64,000 nt of DNA from Parcubacteria group bacterium (GCA_016176785.1 JACOWN010000005.1:1202-65201); one strand, 5' to 3'; positions 20,260 to 30,695 are shown, numbered from the stretch's first letter. Numbers and translations: made by a program. Notes: generated by a model from the letters alone, not told the origin.

Positions 20260-20520
20260 CTACCGGATGTCCTTGATCGGGACGGCGGGAAAAAGCGACT
20301 GCATTTTTTGGATAATACCTGATTTTTTTATGAACACCTCGCTTTTCGCGGGGATGTTTTTTGACAAAAAAAAGACGCCTCCGCGGAAGGCGATATCTTT
20401 TTTCGAAAGAGCAATACCCGTTTCTTCTTTAAGGCACGCGGCGCACGCAACGAGAAGCGCGTCATCGGGCGGCGCGATGTTCCTGAACTTTAAAAGATAC
20501 TGCGAAATGTTTTGGAACAC
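20260..20520 (-). CDS. Small protein downstream of dnaN, possible DciA/DUF721-like
   Basis: GTG start next to the dnaN stop; C-terminal ...KSEVFIKKSGIIQKM...PIKDIR pattern. Confidence 0.55.
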   Translation of the reverse strand: MFQNISQYLLKFRNIAPPDDALLVACAACLKEETGIALSKKDIAFRGGVFFLSKNIPAKSEVFIKKSGIIQKMQSLFPAVPIKDIR

Positions 20521-20521
20521 G

Positions 20522-21619
20522 TTATGTGTTGAGCGGCATGACCAGTGCGGTAAACGACCGGTCGCCGACGTTCCGAACCACCACCGGCCGCGCTTCGCCG
20601 TTACACTGCAGCGAAACGCTGTCACTCGCGACCGACTGGAGACAGTCGGCAAGATACCGCTGATTAAAACGCAGCGTAACCGGTTCTCCGGAGAGCGCCG
20701 CGTCGAGAGAGACGGAGTGTTCGCCGATATCGGCGTTTTTTGAGGCAATGGTGAATTGCTTGGCGGACGGGTCTATCGTGAGCACGACCTGGTTGAATTT
20801 ATCCGCGAACAAATGCGACACCTTAAGCGCGTTAACGAGGTCTTGCTTCAACACGACCGCGTCCGTCGTGCTGGTTTTGGGAATAATTTGTTTGTAGTCG
20901 GGGAAAACCCCGTCAATCAAGCGTGACGTCAGGTATACCCCGTCATAGTGGAACGATATTTGATTTTTATCGCTCCGTATCATTACATCGCCGTTTTTAT
21001 CTTCAAACACGCGGATAATTTCCGCTACGTTTCTAAGGGGAACAAGAATTGAGAGGTCTTCTTTGTTGCCCTGAGACTGGATTTTCTTCTCAGATAAACG
21101 AAAAGAGTCGGTCGCGACGAATGTGCTGTATTCGGGATTGAGGGAAATGAAAACACTTGATATCTCAGGTTTTATGTCCGACGTTGATGCGCTGTACCAT
21201 ACCGATTTTAAGCCGTTCAAAAGCGTTTGAACGGGAAATGGGGATGTTTTTTCCGCTGATACAACGGGAAGTGTCGGAAAATCCTCGTACGGAAACCCTT
21301 TTATCAAAGAATTGTTTTTGCGGGTTTTTACAGATAAATTACCTTTTTCCTCCTCAAGAACGATATCATCTTCATTTATGTACGAGAGAAGGTTATTAAG
21401 AAGGTTCCCGGGAACGGCAATAATGCCTTCTTTTTTCATTTTCACCGGAACTTCAAATTCAATACCGATATCAAGGTTTGTTGAACGCACTTTTAACACG
21501 TCATCGCTTGCCAAAAGAAGGATGGTGCTCAAAATAGGCAGAGAAAGATTCTTTCCTGTCATTCGTTCCGCTCTTGAAACGGCATATTGCAGTTTATTTT
21601 TTGAGACGCTTATTTTCAT
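20522..21619 (-). CDS. dnaN: DNA polymerase III beta clamp
   Basis: STNLD, DFPTLP, VATDSFRL, SRLIDG.FPDY, VMPL. Confidence 0.97.
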   Translation of the reverse strand: MKISVSKNKLQYAVSRAERMTGKNLSLPILSTILLLASDDVLKVRSTNLDIGIEFEVPVKMKKEGIIAVPGNLLNNLLSYINEDDIVLEEEKGNLSVKTRKNNSLIKGFPYEDFPTLPVVSAEKTSPFPVQTLLNGLKSVWYSASTSDIKPEISSVFISLNPEYSTFVATDSFRLSEKKIQSQGNKEDLSILVPLRNVAEIIRVFEDKNGDVMIRSDKNQISFHYDGVYLTSRLIDGVFPDYKQIIPKTSTTDAVVLKQDLVNALKVSHLFADKFNQVVLTIDPSAKQFTIASKNADIGEHSVSLDAALSGEPVTLRFNQRYLADCLQSVASDSVSLQCNGEARPVVVRNVGDRSFTALVMPLNT

Positions 21620-21877
21620 AATAATAAAAAATATTTATATAAAAGGATTTTTATTATGATATATCTGTTGATATGTAGATAAGTGGGATTATTTTTACCA
21701 AATTATGCATTTTTTGAACGATTTATTTTTTATATCCTGTTGAAAATATGTGTATAAAAAACATTCTGTATTTTGAAACAACAGGATAATTTATTTTTTC
21801 ATATTATAAAAAATTTTTTTCAACACAGTATCAACAGAAAAAAGTTTCTTATGCACACACTTACGCACAGAAGGAAA
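21620..21877. other. Probable oriC (dnaA-dnaN intergenic region)
   Basis: Very AT-rich; DnaA-box variants TGTAGATAA, TGTGTATAA, TGTTGAAAA, GTATCAACA, TTATGCACA. Confidence 0.8.
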
Positions 21878-23254
21878 TTACTGCTGTTGCGCGAACAGAG
21901 ACCGTATTCGTTCCAACTCATCCACAAGAACTGTATCTTTTTTAAGGTCGTTTTTTATTTTGTCGCATGAATGAATAACGGTTGTATGGTCACGTCCGCC
22001 GAGGCGCTGGCCGATGGTCGGGAACGAAATACTCAGATCCTCGCGAAGAATGTACATAATGATTTGCCGCGGTTTTACGATCTCTTTTTTTCGCGTCTTC
22101 TCATAGATGGTTGATTTTTCAATGTTATAGAACTCCGACACGACGTGCACAATATCTTCAACGGAGAGCGTTTTTCTCGGTTTCTCGTTGTTTTTAAGGA
22201 GTGTTTTAACTTCAAGCAAGGCAAGGTCCCGATTTTTGAGCTGCGCTTGGCATACGAGGGCGTTTAAAAGACCTTCAAGCTCCCTGATGCTCCCCTTTAT
22301 GTTTGAGGCGATATATTCAATGATCTCGTCGGACGGGCTAAAGTTGATGTGGCGTGACTTTGTCTTCAAAATAGCGACACGTGATTCAAAATCGGGGTCG
22401 GAGATATCAACTATCATCCCGGCGCCGAACCTGGATTTCAGCCGCTCCTCAAGATTTCCAATGAAATTATAATGCTTGTCCGAAGAAAAAATAATCTGCT
22501 TGTTGTTGTCATACAGCGTGTTGAAGAGATGGAACAGCTCGTCTTGCGTCCCCTGCTTCCCCGAAAGAAATTGAATGTCGTCCATGATAAAAACGTCATA
22601 CTTCCGGTATTTTTCTTTGAAAACGTTGATTTTATTGGCTTGGACGGATGTAATGAGGTCAAGATAGAATTTTTCCGAAGTAATATAGAATACTTTCTTG
22701 TCCCCGTACATCTCTTTAATTTTGTTGCCCGTCGCCTGGAGAAGGTGCGTCTTGCCGAGTCCGGTGCCGCCGTACACAAAGAGCGGGTTGTAAACCGAGC
22801 CGACACTCTTCATGATCGCTTGCGTCGCGGTGTAGGCAAGCTCGTTGAACGGCCCGACAACGAACGTGTCAAACGTATAACGCGGATTCAGATTGTCATC
22901 CTTGTTGATATACAGGTCTTTGAGAGGGAGCTCGCCGTAGAGCTGCGGCGCCGATTCCGCAAAGCCGGGCTTTTGCTGTTCGGTTTTTGAAATAACGATA
23001 TAGTCAATGCCGCGTATGTTTTCGCTGATCATGCGGAGCGATTTGAGGATGAATTTGTGGTACTTGTTTTGAAGCCACTCTTTAACAAACCCGTTCGGCA
23101 CGCCAAGATATACGACGCCGTCCGCCTCTTTGACGATAGAAGTGTTTTTGAACCATGTCGTAAAATTTGCCCGCGAAACGGCGCGTTCAATGTCCGCAAG
23201 AGCCGCATCCCACAACTGTTTGGTGTCGGAGATGTTGTGTTCTTGTTCTGGCAT
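21878..23254 (-). CDS. dnaA: Chromosomal replication initiator DnaA
   Basis: NPRYTF, YNPLFVYGGTGLGKTHL, DDIQF, RLKSRF, GGRDHTTVIH. Confidence 0.98.
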   Translation of the reverse strand: MPEQEHNISDTKQLWDAALADIERAVSRANFTTWFKNTSIVKEADGVVYLGVPNGFVKEWLQNKYHKFILKSLRMISENIRGIDYIVISKTEQQKPGFAESAPQLYGELPLKDLYINKDDNLNPRYTFDTFVVGPFNELAYTATQAIMKSVGSVYNPLFVYGGTGLGKTHLLQATGNKIKEMYGDKKVFYITSEKFYLDLITSVQANKINVFKEKYRKYDVFIMDDIQFLSGKQGTQDELFHLFNTLYDNNKQIIFSSDKHYNFIGNLEERLKSRFGAGMIVDISDPDFESRVAILKTKSRHINFSPSDEIIEYIASNIKGSIRELEGLLNALVCQAQLKNRDLALLEVKTLLKNNEKPRKTLSVEDIVHVVSEFYNIEKSTIYEKTRKKEIVKPRQIIMYILREDLSISFPTIGQRLGGRDHTTVIHSCDKIKNDLKKDTVLVDELERIRSLFAQQQ

Positions 23255-23311
23255 GTTGGTGTGATGAATGAAAAATTTTTAGCGAGCGTCTCCGGCGAGA
23301 ATGCATTTCCT

Positions 23312-23455
23312 TTTATCCAATTATATAGCACGTTCCACGCGATGAAACTTGTTAAAAGTGCAATAGTATGTTGATAATCTGTTTATAAACTGTGGACAGT
23401 GTTCATACGCGCATCCAGTTCCGTTTTGACTTTGCCTGATTTTGTTATACACTCA
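23312..23455. promoter_or_regulatory. dnaA/rpmH divergent control region with DnaA boxes
   Basis: TTATCCAAT, TGTTGATAA, TGTTTATAA, TGTGGACAG. Confidence 0.6.
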
Positions 23456-23461
23456 ATACTA

Positions 23462-23596
23462 ATGTCAAAAACATACCAACCAAAACGCAAGAAAAGAAAA
23501 CGCACCCACGGTTTTCTTATCCGTATGCAGAAAAGCGGCGGGCGAAGAACGGTCCTGAGACGGCGGCGGAAGAGGCGCGCCCGTTTATCCGTTTAA
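23462..23596 (+). CDS. rpmH: 50S ribosomal protein L34
   Basis: [22 protein letters not shown]...R.RLSV. Confidence 0.96.
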   Translation: MSKTYQPKRKKRKRTHGFLIRMQKSGGRRTVLRRRRKRRARLSV

Positions 23597-23612
23597 GCGG
23601 GTCCTCCTCCCT

Positions 23613-23987
23613 GTGCTTTCTCGAAAACACAAGGTGCCGCGCGGCGTTTTCCCGAAAGTTCTGCGTTCGGGACGCACGAAACACGGCACATACGTAACGC
23701 TGAGGGTCTCTTCCGCCGCCTCATGCAAGGGCCAACCGGCCGCGGTGTCGTTCGTGGTGCCGAAATCGGTTGCGCGAACCGCCGTCCAAAGAAATCGCCT
23801 CAAGAGGCGCGGATACGCCGCAGTTCTGAAAATCCTCCCCCGCCTTGCGCCGTGCCTTTCCTGCGTTTTCTTTTTCAAAAAAGGCGTTCCGGAGCCGCCG
23901 TATCGCGCGCTTGAAGGCGACCTGGAGGCGCTCTTGAAAGACGCCGGGGGTTTTCTCGCCGAAAAACGCCATGCAGAAAATATTTGA
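23613..23987 (+). CDS. rnpA: RNase P protein subunit
   Basis: FVVPKSVARTAVQRNRLKR; synteny after rpmH. Confidence 0.9.
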   Translation: MLSRKHKVPRGVFPKVLRSGRTKHGTYVTLRVSSAASCKGQPAAVSFVVPKSVARTAVQRNRLKRRGYAAVLKILPRLAPCLSCVFFFKKGVPEPPYRALEGDLEALLKDAGGFLAEKRHAENI

Positions 23988-24201
23988 AACGTGCATACGG
24001 GCGTACCAAATGGCGCTTTCACCTGATACCGGTTTTCTTTTTGGGCGGAGGAACCGGCAGGCGTGCCCTTTCTATCCATCGTGCTCGGAATACGCGGTTC
24101 TGGCGATGAAAAAGCACGGAATTTGGAGCGGAGCGGCAAGGGCTTTATGGCGTATTATGCGATGCCACCCGTGGCGGCAGCCGGCGGTTGATAAACCGTA
24201 G
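23971..24201 (+). CDS. yidD: Membrane protein insertion efficiency factor YidD
   Basis: YQ..LSP, CPFYPSCSEY, RIMRCHPW. Confidence 0.93.
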   Translation: MQKIFETCIRAYQMALSPDTGFLFGRRNRQACPFYPSCSEYAVLAMKKHGIWSGAARALWRIMRCHPWRQPAVDKP

Positions 24202-24238
24202 GTTTGCGGAACGCGCCTCCGCGGCTTACAATACAAAA

Positions 24239-24997
24239 ATGATAAGCAGTGCGTTTAACGCCGTTTTGTACCAGCCGTTGTATAACGGTCTTGTTTTTTT
24301 GACGTCGATCGTGCCGTTCGGCGACGTGGGAATCGCCATTATCGTTTTGACGCTCATTGTTAAGTTCGCCATTTCTCCTCTCACCCACAAATCAACGAAA
24401 ACGCAGGTGCGCTTGCGTTCTCTTGAGCCGGAAATAGAGCGCGTGAAAGCGGAGCACAAAGACGACAAACAGAAGCAGTCGGAGCGTGTTATGGAATTGT
24501 ATCGCCAGCACGGCGTCAACCCCTTCTCCGGTTGCCTTTTGTTCATCATTCAACTCCCCATCCTTATCGCTTTGTACTGGACGTTTTGGAAGGGGCTTGC
24601 GAACGGCGGCTTTGACTCGTCCGTTCTGTATTCTTTCGTCAGCGCGCCCGATACGGTGAACATGAACTTTTTGGGCCTCATTGACATGTCGGGGAAAAGC
24701 GTCGTGCTCGCGTTGCTCGCCGGACTTTCCCAATATGTCCAGGTGAAGCTCTCCTCTCCGCTTCCGTCTGCCGCCCCGCGGACGGGCGGCCCCCTCTCGC
24801 TTAAGGAAGAGTTCGCGCGAAGCATGCAGATCCAGATGCGTTACGGCTTGCCGATTTTTGTCGCCGTTATCTCGTACACCATCTCGGCGGCGGTGGCGTT
24901 GTATTGGACGACCTCAAACCTGTTCACCATCATCCACGAATTCATCGTGCGCTATCGCGCCGAGCAGATCACAAAATCTCCGCCGAAGGAGGACTGA
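24239..24997 (+). CDS. yidC: YidC/Oxa1 membrane insertase
   Basis: AIIVLT, GVNPFSGCL..IQLP, LYWTTSN. Confidence 0.95.
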   Translation: MISSAFNAVLYQPLYNGLVFLTSIVPFGDVGIAIIVLTLIVKFAISPLTHKSTKTQVRLRSLEPEIERVKAEHKDDKQKQSERVMELYRQHGVNPFSGCLLFIIQLPILIALYWTFWKGLANGGFDSSVLYSFVSAPDTVNMNFLGLIDMSGKSVVLALLAGLSQYVQVKLSSPLPSAAPRTGGPLSLKEEFARSMQIQMRYGLPIFVAVISYTISAAVALYWTTSNLFTIIHEFIVRYRAEQITKSPPKED

Positions 24998-25148
24998 CAA
25001 AGGGGTATGACCGCGCCGCGCGAGCCCGCCCGAGAGGGCCTTTTTAATTACCGCGCCCTCGCTCCGGAGCGTCCCGAGGCGAGGATGCCCGGCTCTTCAC
25101 AAAAGCTCTTTTTTACGGTAAGGTATCTTTTGTGAGCGTACGGACCCT

Positions 25149-25628
25149 ATGGAACAGTCATTTATTAAAGAAACCGTTGAGCAACTGCTTCTAAAACTCT
25201 GCGTCAACGCGCGCTTTTTGGGCGTTTCCGAGCTGAATAACGGAGAAATTTTAAAGTTTTCGGTGACGACCGACGAGCCGTATCTTCTGGTCGGCGACGG
25301 CGGTCGCGCCCTCATGGCGCTGAACCATGTGATGAAGAAGATCTACGAGCGGCAGCGGGAAAAAAAATCGCTCGGCGAGTGTAATTTCATGATTGACGTG
25401 AACGATTATCAGGAACGCCGCATCGGCGAATTGCGGACGAAGGCGACCATTATGGCGGAGCGCGCCCGTTTTTTCAAAAGCAACGTTGAGTTGGACCCCA
25501 TGAACCCGTATGAGCGCATGATCGTGCATTCGTTTTTCTCCGGCGTGCCGGACATAGAAACCGAATCAACCGGCGAAGGCCGCGACCGGCGCGTCGTCAT
25601 CAAATACATAGAGAGCCCCTTGTTCTAA
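25149..25628 (+). CDS. jag: Jag/KhpB-like KH-R3H RNA-binding protein (no Jag_N domain)
   Basis: LVG..G..L.AL, IDVNDY, PMNPYERMIVH, TESTGEGRDR; follows yidC. Confidence 0.85.
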   Translation: MEQSFIKETVEQLLLKLCVNARFLGVSELNNGEILKFSVTTDEPYLLVGDGGRALMALNHVMKKIYERQREKKSLGECNFMIDVNDYQERRIGELRTKATIMAERARFFKSNVELDPMNPYERMIVHSFFSGVPDIETESTGEGRDRRVVIKYIESPLF

Positions 25629-25639
25629 AAATCCCCGAA

Positions 25640-26881
25640 CTAGCGTTCGGGGATTTTTAAGCTCCACAACGTGCCGTCGCGTTTGTTCGTGAAGAAGAAA
25701 TATGTTCCATCCGGGTCAAGAAAAGGATTCGTGACGTCAACGGTCGCGCCGCCGAACTCGCGCGGAACGGCAAGCAGCGCCGCTTCGCCGGTCTCCGCGT
25801 CAATTTTCCATATAACGTCGTCAAAAAACATCGCTCCTTGGTACCACTCGTCGGGGAATGCTCCGTCCGGCACAACCCCGGGCGCTCCGCACAGGAGCGT
25901 AGACGAATTGCCGCCGCGCCAGACGCATTTCTCCGGCAGTGTAATGACGGGAAAGGGCTCCGACGTCGCCTCTTTGCGGCGGAAAAGGAAGGTTTCCAAA
26001 GTCCGTCCCGCGCTTGAGGAGTAGAGCACCGCGTCTCCTTTCGGCGCGGAAAGAGTCAAAAGTCCGGAAACCGGCCCGAGTATTTTCTCCGTCCTGCCGG
26101 TCTGCGGATTTAAAAAATAGAGGATTCCTCGGAAGCCGCTTGCCGCTTTGGTGGTGAGGGCTACCGCATCCTTATTGACCCACTGCGTCGTCCATTCGCG
26201 GACCGGCATGTCAAACACCTGACGCGGCCGCGCGCCGTCAAACCGCGTAACGGTTCCAAGCGCCGATATCCCGAACTCGGTAACGGAGAAAAGCGCGTCC
26301 GCATCCGGCTGTGCCGCAAGGGAGGTAATGCCGTCGGCGAGAAACACTCCGTCAAGTTTGCCGAGTTGCTGCGCCGCGGGCTCCGCGGCGACGATCTGCG
26401 CGGAAAAGCTCTTGATCACGTCGTTCGCATCCAAATAACGAGCGACGAACCGCGCGCCGCCGCTTTGCCACACGGTTTCATAAATGCCGGGCAACGTCGT
26501 ATTCGTAACGCGCACGCGTTCGTTCGTTTCAAGATTGACATCAAACACGTTCCCCGAAGCGCGGTCAACGTAGCGCGCATACAGCGCCTTGTTTCGGGTA
26601 ACCGTTGTTGCGCCGGCTATGGGCGCGCGCGTCAGCTGGCGAAGCTCCGGTACCTCCCCGTCCCCGAGCGCGGTCTCATCCGCCGCGGTTCCTTCTTCCG
26701 CCCCCCCCAACGGACGCCCGAACGAAACATCCTGCGGTGGCGCGCCGAACGGCAGGAAATCGCGGAGCGTTTCAACCGTCGTCTTTCCCGTGTCGCGCGA
26801 AATGTAATATGCCGCGCCGAAAAGCCCTGCGGCAAGCGCCACTATGGTGAAGGTGATTATGGCGATGGTTTTTCGGGTCAT
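25640..26881 (-). CDS. Membrane-anchored beta-propeller-like hypothetical protein
   Basis: N-terminal TM, TLPEKCVW, PDEWYQG, FTNKRDGTLWSL. Confidence 0.7.
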   Translation of the reverse strand: MTRKTIAIITFTIVALAAGLFGAAYYISRDTGKTTVETLRDFLPFGAPPQDVSFGRPLGGAEEGTAADETALGDGEVPELRQLTRAPIAGATTVTRNKALYARYVDRASGNVFDVNLETNERVRVTNTTLPGIYETVWQSGGARFVARYLDANDVIKSFSAQIVAAEPAAQQLGKLDGVFLADGITSLAAQPDADALFSVTEFGISALGTVTRFDGARPRQVFDMPVREWTTQWVNKDAVALTTKAASGFRGILYFLNPQTGRTEKILGPVSGLLTLSAPKGDAVLYSSSAGRTLETFLFRRKEATSEPFPVITLPEKCVWRGGNSSTLLCGAPGVVPDGAFPDEWYQGAMFFDDVIWKIDAETGEAALLAVPREFGGATVDVTNPFLDPDGTYFFFTNKRDGTLWSLKIPER

Positions 26882-26924
26882 ATTTTTGCGTCGGGTAAAA
26901 AGTCCGCGGCAGCGCAGTGCCACG

Positions 26925-27806
26925 CTATCTGGTTTGCAGAGGGATTTCGCACGCCGTTCGTCCGCCCGTGGCCGATGTGATTGCTCCTCCCTTTTTTGCG
27001 CACTGGTCCTCAAAAGATTTTAGGATTTTTGATTGAAGCGCACGCCGATCCGCCGCCGACGCGTTCTTATATTCCGGGGTTGCATAAAACAGGTTTACAT
27101 CAAGCACCCCGTCTACGCTTGTTCTGCGCACCTGTGCCAAACGGTTCTCCGAGGCATTTGGCGCGGTCACTGTTTTTTGCAGAAGAAGATCGGATTGTGT
27201 GGGTACAAGAACCAACTCTTGAAGCGTGATTTTCGGTACAACGATGCCGAGGTTCAGAAGATTCGGATTGACGGTGTTCAAAATAAGCCACGAGCCAAAA
27301 GCAAGCAAAAGCCCCCAGACGGCCGCCTGCATACGGTTCACGGCGGCCTTTTTCGTGTCAAACGCTTCGCTCAAAAGATATTCGGTGCCGCCCCAGACGA
27401 TCATCAAGACCGCAAGAATCCCTGCGGCGCCGATGACGAACTGAAATATGCGTCCCAAATATATTCCGAATGACGCATCCCCCGTCGCAACCTCTCCTAT
27501 GTCGCCGATCGGGGCAAGAAGCTTATAGCTTTTGCCGAAATCGCCGAACTCATCACTGCCGATCACCCGCGTTCCGCCCGAAGTCGGCTGACCGACATTT
27601 ACCGCGCCCCCAGTGCCTTGGACGGGCGGGGTAACGTCGATCGGGTCACCAAACTCATCAACTCTCTCCGTCCGCGTGTCTGTCGGGTCTCCAAATTCGT
27701 CCACCGCGCCCGTTTGCGCGTAAGCAAAAGGCATCGCGCCTCCAAGCGCCGCGAACATTACTGCGGCAGTCAACCCGTATGCGAAAATGTTTTTGAGCGA
27801 TGCCAT
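26925..27806 (-). CDS. Secreted protein with a T4SS pilin-like (VirB2-type) domain
   Basis: Signal ..AYA; LAVLMIVWGG.EY...A..R...AVWGLLLAFGSWLILNTVNP. Confidence 0.75.
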   Translation of the reverse strand: MASLKNIFAYGLTAAVMFAALGGAMPFAYAQTGAVDEFGDPTDTRTERVDEFGDPIDVTPPVQGTGGAVNVGQPTSGGTRVIGSDEFGDFGKSYKLLAPIGDIGEVATGDASFGIYLGRIFQFVIGAAGILAVLMIVWGGTEYLLSEAFDTKKAAVNRMQAAVWGLLLAFGSWLILNTVNPNLLNLGIVVPKITLQELVLVPTQSDLLLQKTVTAPNASENRLAQVRRTSVDGVLDVNLFYATPEYKNASAADRRALQSKILKSFEDQCAKKGGAITSATGGRTACEIPLQTR

Positions 27807-27819
27807 GAGCGCGAGAGCG

Positions 27820-28818
27820 TTAGAGCGACGGCGATTGTCCGAATGTTATGAAAAGCGATGCGGCGGCGCGCTGGAAAATGCGCGCGGCATTCGTGATGCT
27901 GACCCCGACGCGTGCGGAGCCGCTTGTCCCGCCTTCGCTCCGGAACACGACCTCGGTGTCTTTTTGGGGCGGCAGAAAGGGTTCGTCATTCAATTCCCAC
28001 GAGTATTGGAGACCGTTCGCGCGGTCATCGCGCGAAAAATAATACGGCTCCACGCGCACCGTGAGCTCGTTTTCAGCAAGCGGTTCCGTGCCGCCAAGCG
28101 AGCGTTCGTAGAGCACTCCCAACAGAGGGTGACGGCGGTAGAGAAGCACGCGCGGCTCAACCGCGGCAAGCCGTATCGTCCGTTGTGCCGTAAAGGTCCC
28201 CTGGAGCGATGATGCTTTCACGGTGATCTCCGCGTCAAAGAATCGTTCGGGGCCGTCAAGCGCGAGCGTTTGCTTGCCGAAGCCGGAATCACCCCCAAGC
28301 ACGCGGCGGTTTTTTGACCAGGTGTAAATGACATCGTTGTCGCGTACGCGCGTTCCGTCGGCAAGAACGAAGTGCGGAAAAGCGGTAATGACGAGAGCGC
28401 TCCCCGACGACGGCAGCGCTTTTCCGCGGTAGAACGGCGGCGTGTACGTGTCCGCTTCCCACAGAAGGTCAACGTCGGCGGGACGGAGCGTAATCTCGCC
28501 CACGACCCTCCTCCCCTCGGGCGAGGTCGCGGTTGCGCTTATGCGGAGAGAACTTCCGAACGCGCCCGTGGTAACCGTGAGCGTTTTTATTCCGCGTCCT
28601 TCAGCCGCGCGCCGTCCGCCGACCGTCCAGGAGACGGTGGAACGGTTCAGGTCAACCGAGGACGTATCAAGCGTAAGCTTCACTTCGGTGCGCGCGCCGG
28701 GGAACTCGGGCGTCGCCGTAACGGTGAGAACGCCGATGTTCGGAACTTGCGCGTGAACCGTGGCGTAAAACGCGAGCGCGAATGCGGCGATGCATGTTTT
28801 GGCGAAGAACGACATCAT
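27820..28818 (-). CDS. Secreted Ig-like hypothetical protein
   Basis: Signal ..VHAQ; DLLWEADTYTPPFYRGKALP motif; within the T4SS-like cluster. Confidence 0.65.
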   Translation of the reverse strand: MMSFFAKTCIAAFALAFYATVHAQVPNIGVLTVTATPEFPGARTEVKLTLDTSSVDLNRSTVSWTVGGRRAAEGRGIKTLTVTTGAFGSSLRISATATSPEGRRVVGEITLRPADVDLLWEADTYTPPFYRGKALPSSGSALVITAFPHFVLADGTRVRDNDVIYTWSKNRRVLGGDSGFGKQTLALDGPERFFDAEITVKASSLQGTFTAQRTIRLAAVEPRVLLYRRHPLLGVLYERSLGGTEPLAENELTVRVEPYYFSRDDRANGLQYSWELNDEPFLPPQKDTEVVFRSEGGTSGSARVGVSITNAARIFQRAAASLFITFGQSPSL

Positions 28819-30644
28819 AGGGGAACGCCCGCTTTCACCTTAAACGCCTGCCGCGCTTTTTTAATGGCGAGCAGTTCGGACGGGTCCGAAGTAATGATCT
28901 GGTCTTCAGTGTACGACGCAATGACCTTGAGAGCGACGTGTTTCAGTCCGGCAAAAAAGATCCCCTCGCCCACATCCGATTCAAGAAGGAGATATTTTTC
29001 CTCATCCGTCAGGTTAAAGGTCCGTTGCACCTCGTCGATCACCGACGGCGCTTGCTTCAAAAGAAGCTGGATCGCCGAGTTAGAGATGATTGCGCCGCCG
29101 TACGGCGATTTCAAAAAGTCATTGACATCCTGCGTGATGGTCGCGAGGCCCAGAAAGTACTTCCTGCCGCGCTTCGCCAAACTGAAAAGAAATGAAGCGG
29201 TATCTTCTTGTTTCATCATCCACCACGCCTCATCGATGACCATAAGGCGTTTTTTAAGCTCCTTCCGAACCGCATTCCAGATGAAATGCGTCACGATGTA
29301 CATGGCGACCGGCTTCAGCTCATCCTCCATGTCGCGCACCGAAAAGACGACGAATCGCTTGTTTATATCAACGTTCGTCGGACGGTTGATGAAACCCGAC
29401 CACGTTCCTTTCGTGAATTTCGCAAGACGCTGCGACAGCGACGCGCCGCCTTCCATACCCGCAAGCACGAGTTCAAAATCGGACATGAGCGGCGGCTCGT
29501 TTTTTGAAAAATCGGAGTCGGGAGTGATGTCTTTCAAAGCGTATGTCTCTGTGATGGCGTGGTCAACGAGCGAATCCTCCTCCGGCGTCAGCCCTCCGAG
29601 CATGATGCGGAACAAGCCGACGAGATTGACGATGTTTGACCGAAGCACGTCGGCGGGCGATTCGTCCTCGCGCACCGGCGGCAGGTCAAACGGGTTGATG
29701 TGGTGCTCGGACGTGAGTGAAATGTTGAAATAGCGCCCGCCGGTCGCCTCCGCGAGATACTCGTACTCTTTTTCGGGGTCAATCACGATGACGTCTATGT
29801 CAAACATAAGCGACCGCAGGATCTCAAGTTTCGCGGCGTACGATTTTCCGGCGCCGGACGTTGCGAACATGATGGAGTTGTAGTTCTCCATCGCAAAACG
29901 GTCAAAAAGGATCAAGCTGGAATTATGTCGGTTGATGCCGTAGAGGATGCCGCGGTCCGAGGTAAGGTCAAACGACACGAACGGAAAGAAGCTTGAAAGC
30001 GGCTCGGAATTGAGTTTTGAATGGATGTTCAAGCGGTCGTCGGCGATCGGAAGCACGGAGTGATATCCCGCCTCCTGCTGGAAGAGCGCGGGGCGGACAT
30101 AGACGAGTTTTGATTCAAGCAGCGAGCGTATTTCTTGCTCAATTTTATCAAGCTCGCGTTCGTTGTCCGCGTAAAGCGTCATATAAAAACCGACGTCAAA
30201 AAGTTTTTCCTGCGCTTGCTGGAGTTTGTCGCGGAGATCTTCAAGGTCGCGGTACGCCGTGTCAAGCTTCGGGTCGCGCACGAGCCCCCGCTCTTCGCGG
30301 ATGGCGATCTGGCTCTCAACCTCGGCGACTTTTTTCTGGAACTGCCTTAAAACCTTCGCCGTATCAATGGGGTGCACGAAGAGAGAAACGTCAAACACCT
30401 TATCAAGGTTGATGATCGGCGACAGCCAGTTGTCGGAAAGATAACGCGGATAGGAGATGGCGAAGAATGTGCGCGCGACTTTTTCGCCGACGTAAAATTG
30501 TTTCTGTTCTATTTTGAGCGCCGCCGGCGCGATGATATCGCGCAATTCCAAAACGCCCGCTTCGTAGATCTCTTGCGGCAGAATAGGCGATATTTCTTGT
30601 TTTTCTTTCGGCCCTTTGCCGAGCAATTTATCAAGTATGTTCAT
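28815..30644 (-). CDS. VirB4-like ATPase
   Basis: ATSGAGKS Walker A, IDPEKEY, INPFD, VIDEAW, RGRKY, ITQ. Confidence 0.92.
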   Translation of the reverse strand: MNILDKLLGKGPKEKQEISPILPQEIYEAGVLELRDIIAPAALKIEQKQFYVGEKVARTFFAISYPRYLSDNWLSPIINLDKVFDVSLFVHPIDTAKVLRQFQKKVAEVESQIAIREERGLVRDPKLDTAYRDLEDLRDKLQQAQEKLFDVGFYMTLYADNERELDKIEQEIRSLLESKLVYVRPALFQQEAGYHSVLPIADDRLNIHSKLNSEPLSSFFPFVSFDLTSDRGILYGINRHNSSLILFDRFAMENYNSIMFATSGAGKSYAAKLEILRSLMFDIDVIVIDPEKEYEYLAEATGGRYFNISLTSEHHINPFDLPPVREDESPADVLRSNIVNLVGLFRIMLGGLTPEEDSLVDHAITETYALKDITPDSDFSKNEPPLMSDFELVLAGMEGGASLSQRLAKFTKGTWSGFINRPTNVDINKRFVVFSVRDMEDELKPVAMYIVTHFIWNAVRKELKKRLMVIDEAWWMMKQEDTASFLFSLAKRGRKYFLGLATITQDVNDFLKSPYGGAIISNSAIQLLLKQAPSVIDEVQRTFNLTDEEKYLLLESDVGEGIFFAGLKHVALKVIASYTEDQIITSDPSELLAIKKARQAFKVKAGVPL

Positions 30645-30695
30645 ACGAAACGATTGATAGTGAACGGTCGGCGGCATACGCCCCGCGCGTTCGGC

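Noticed and set aside
24998-25140. GC-rich hairpins between yidC and jag as a riboswitch
   Set aside because: No recognisable aptamer; explainable as terminator-like stems.
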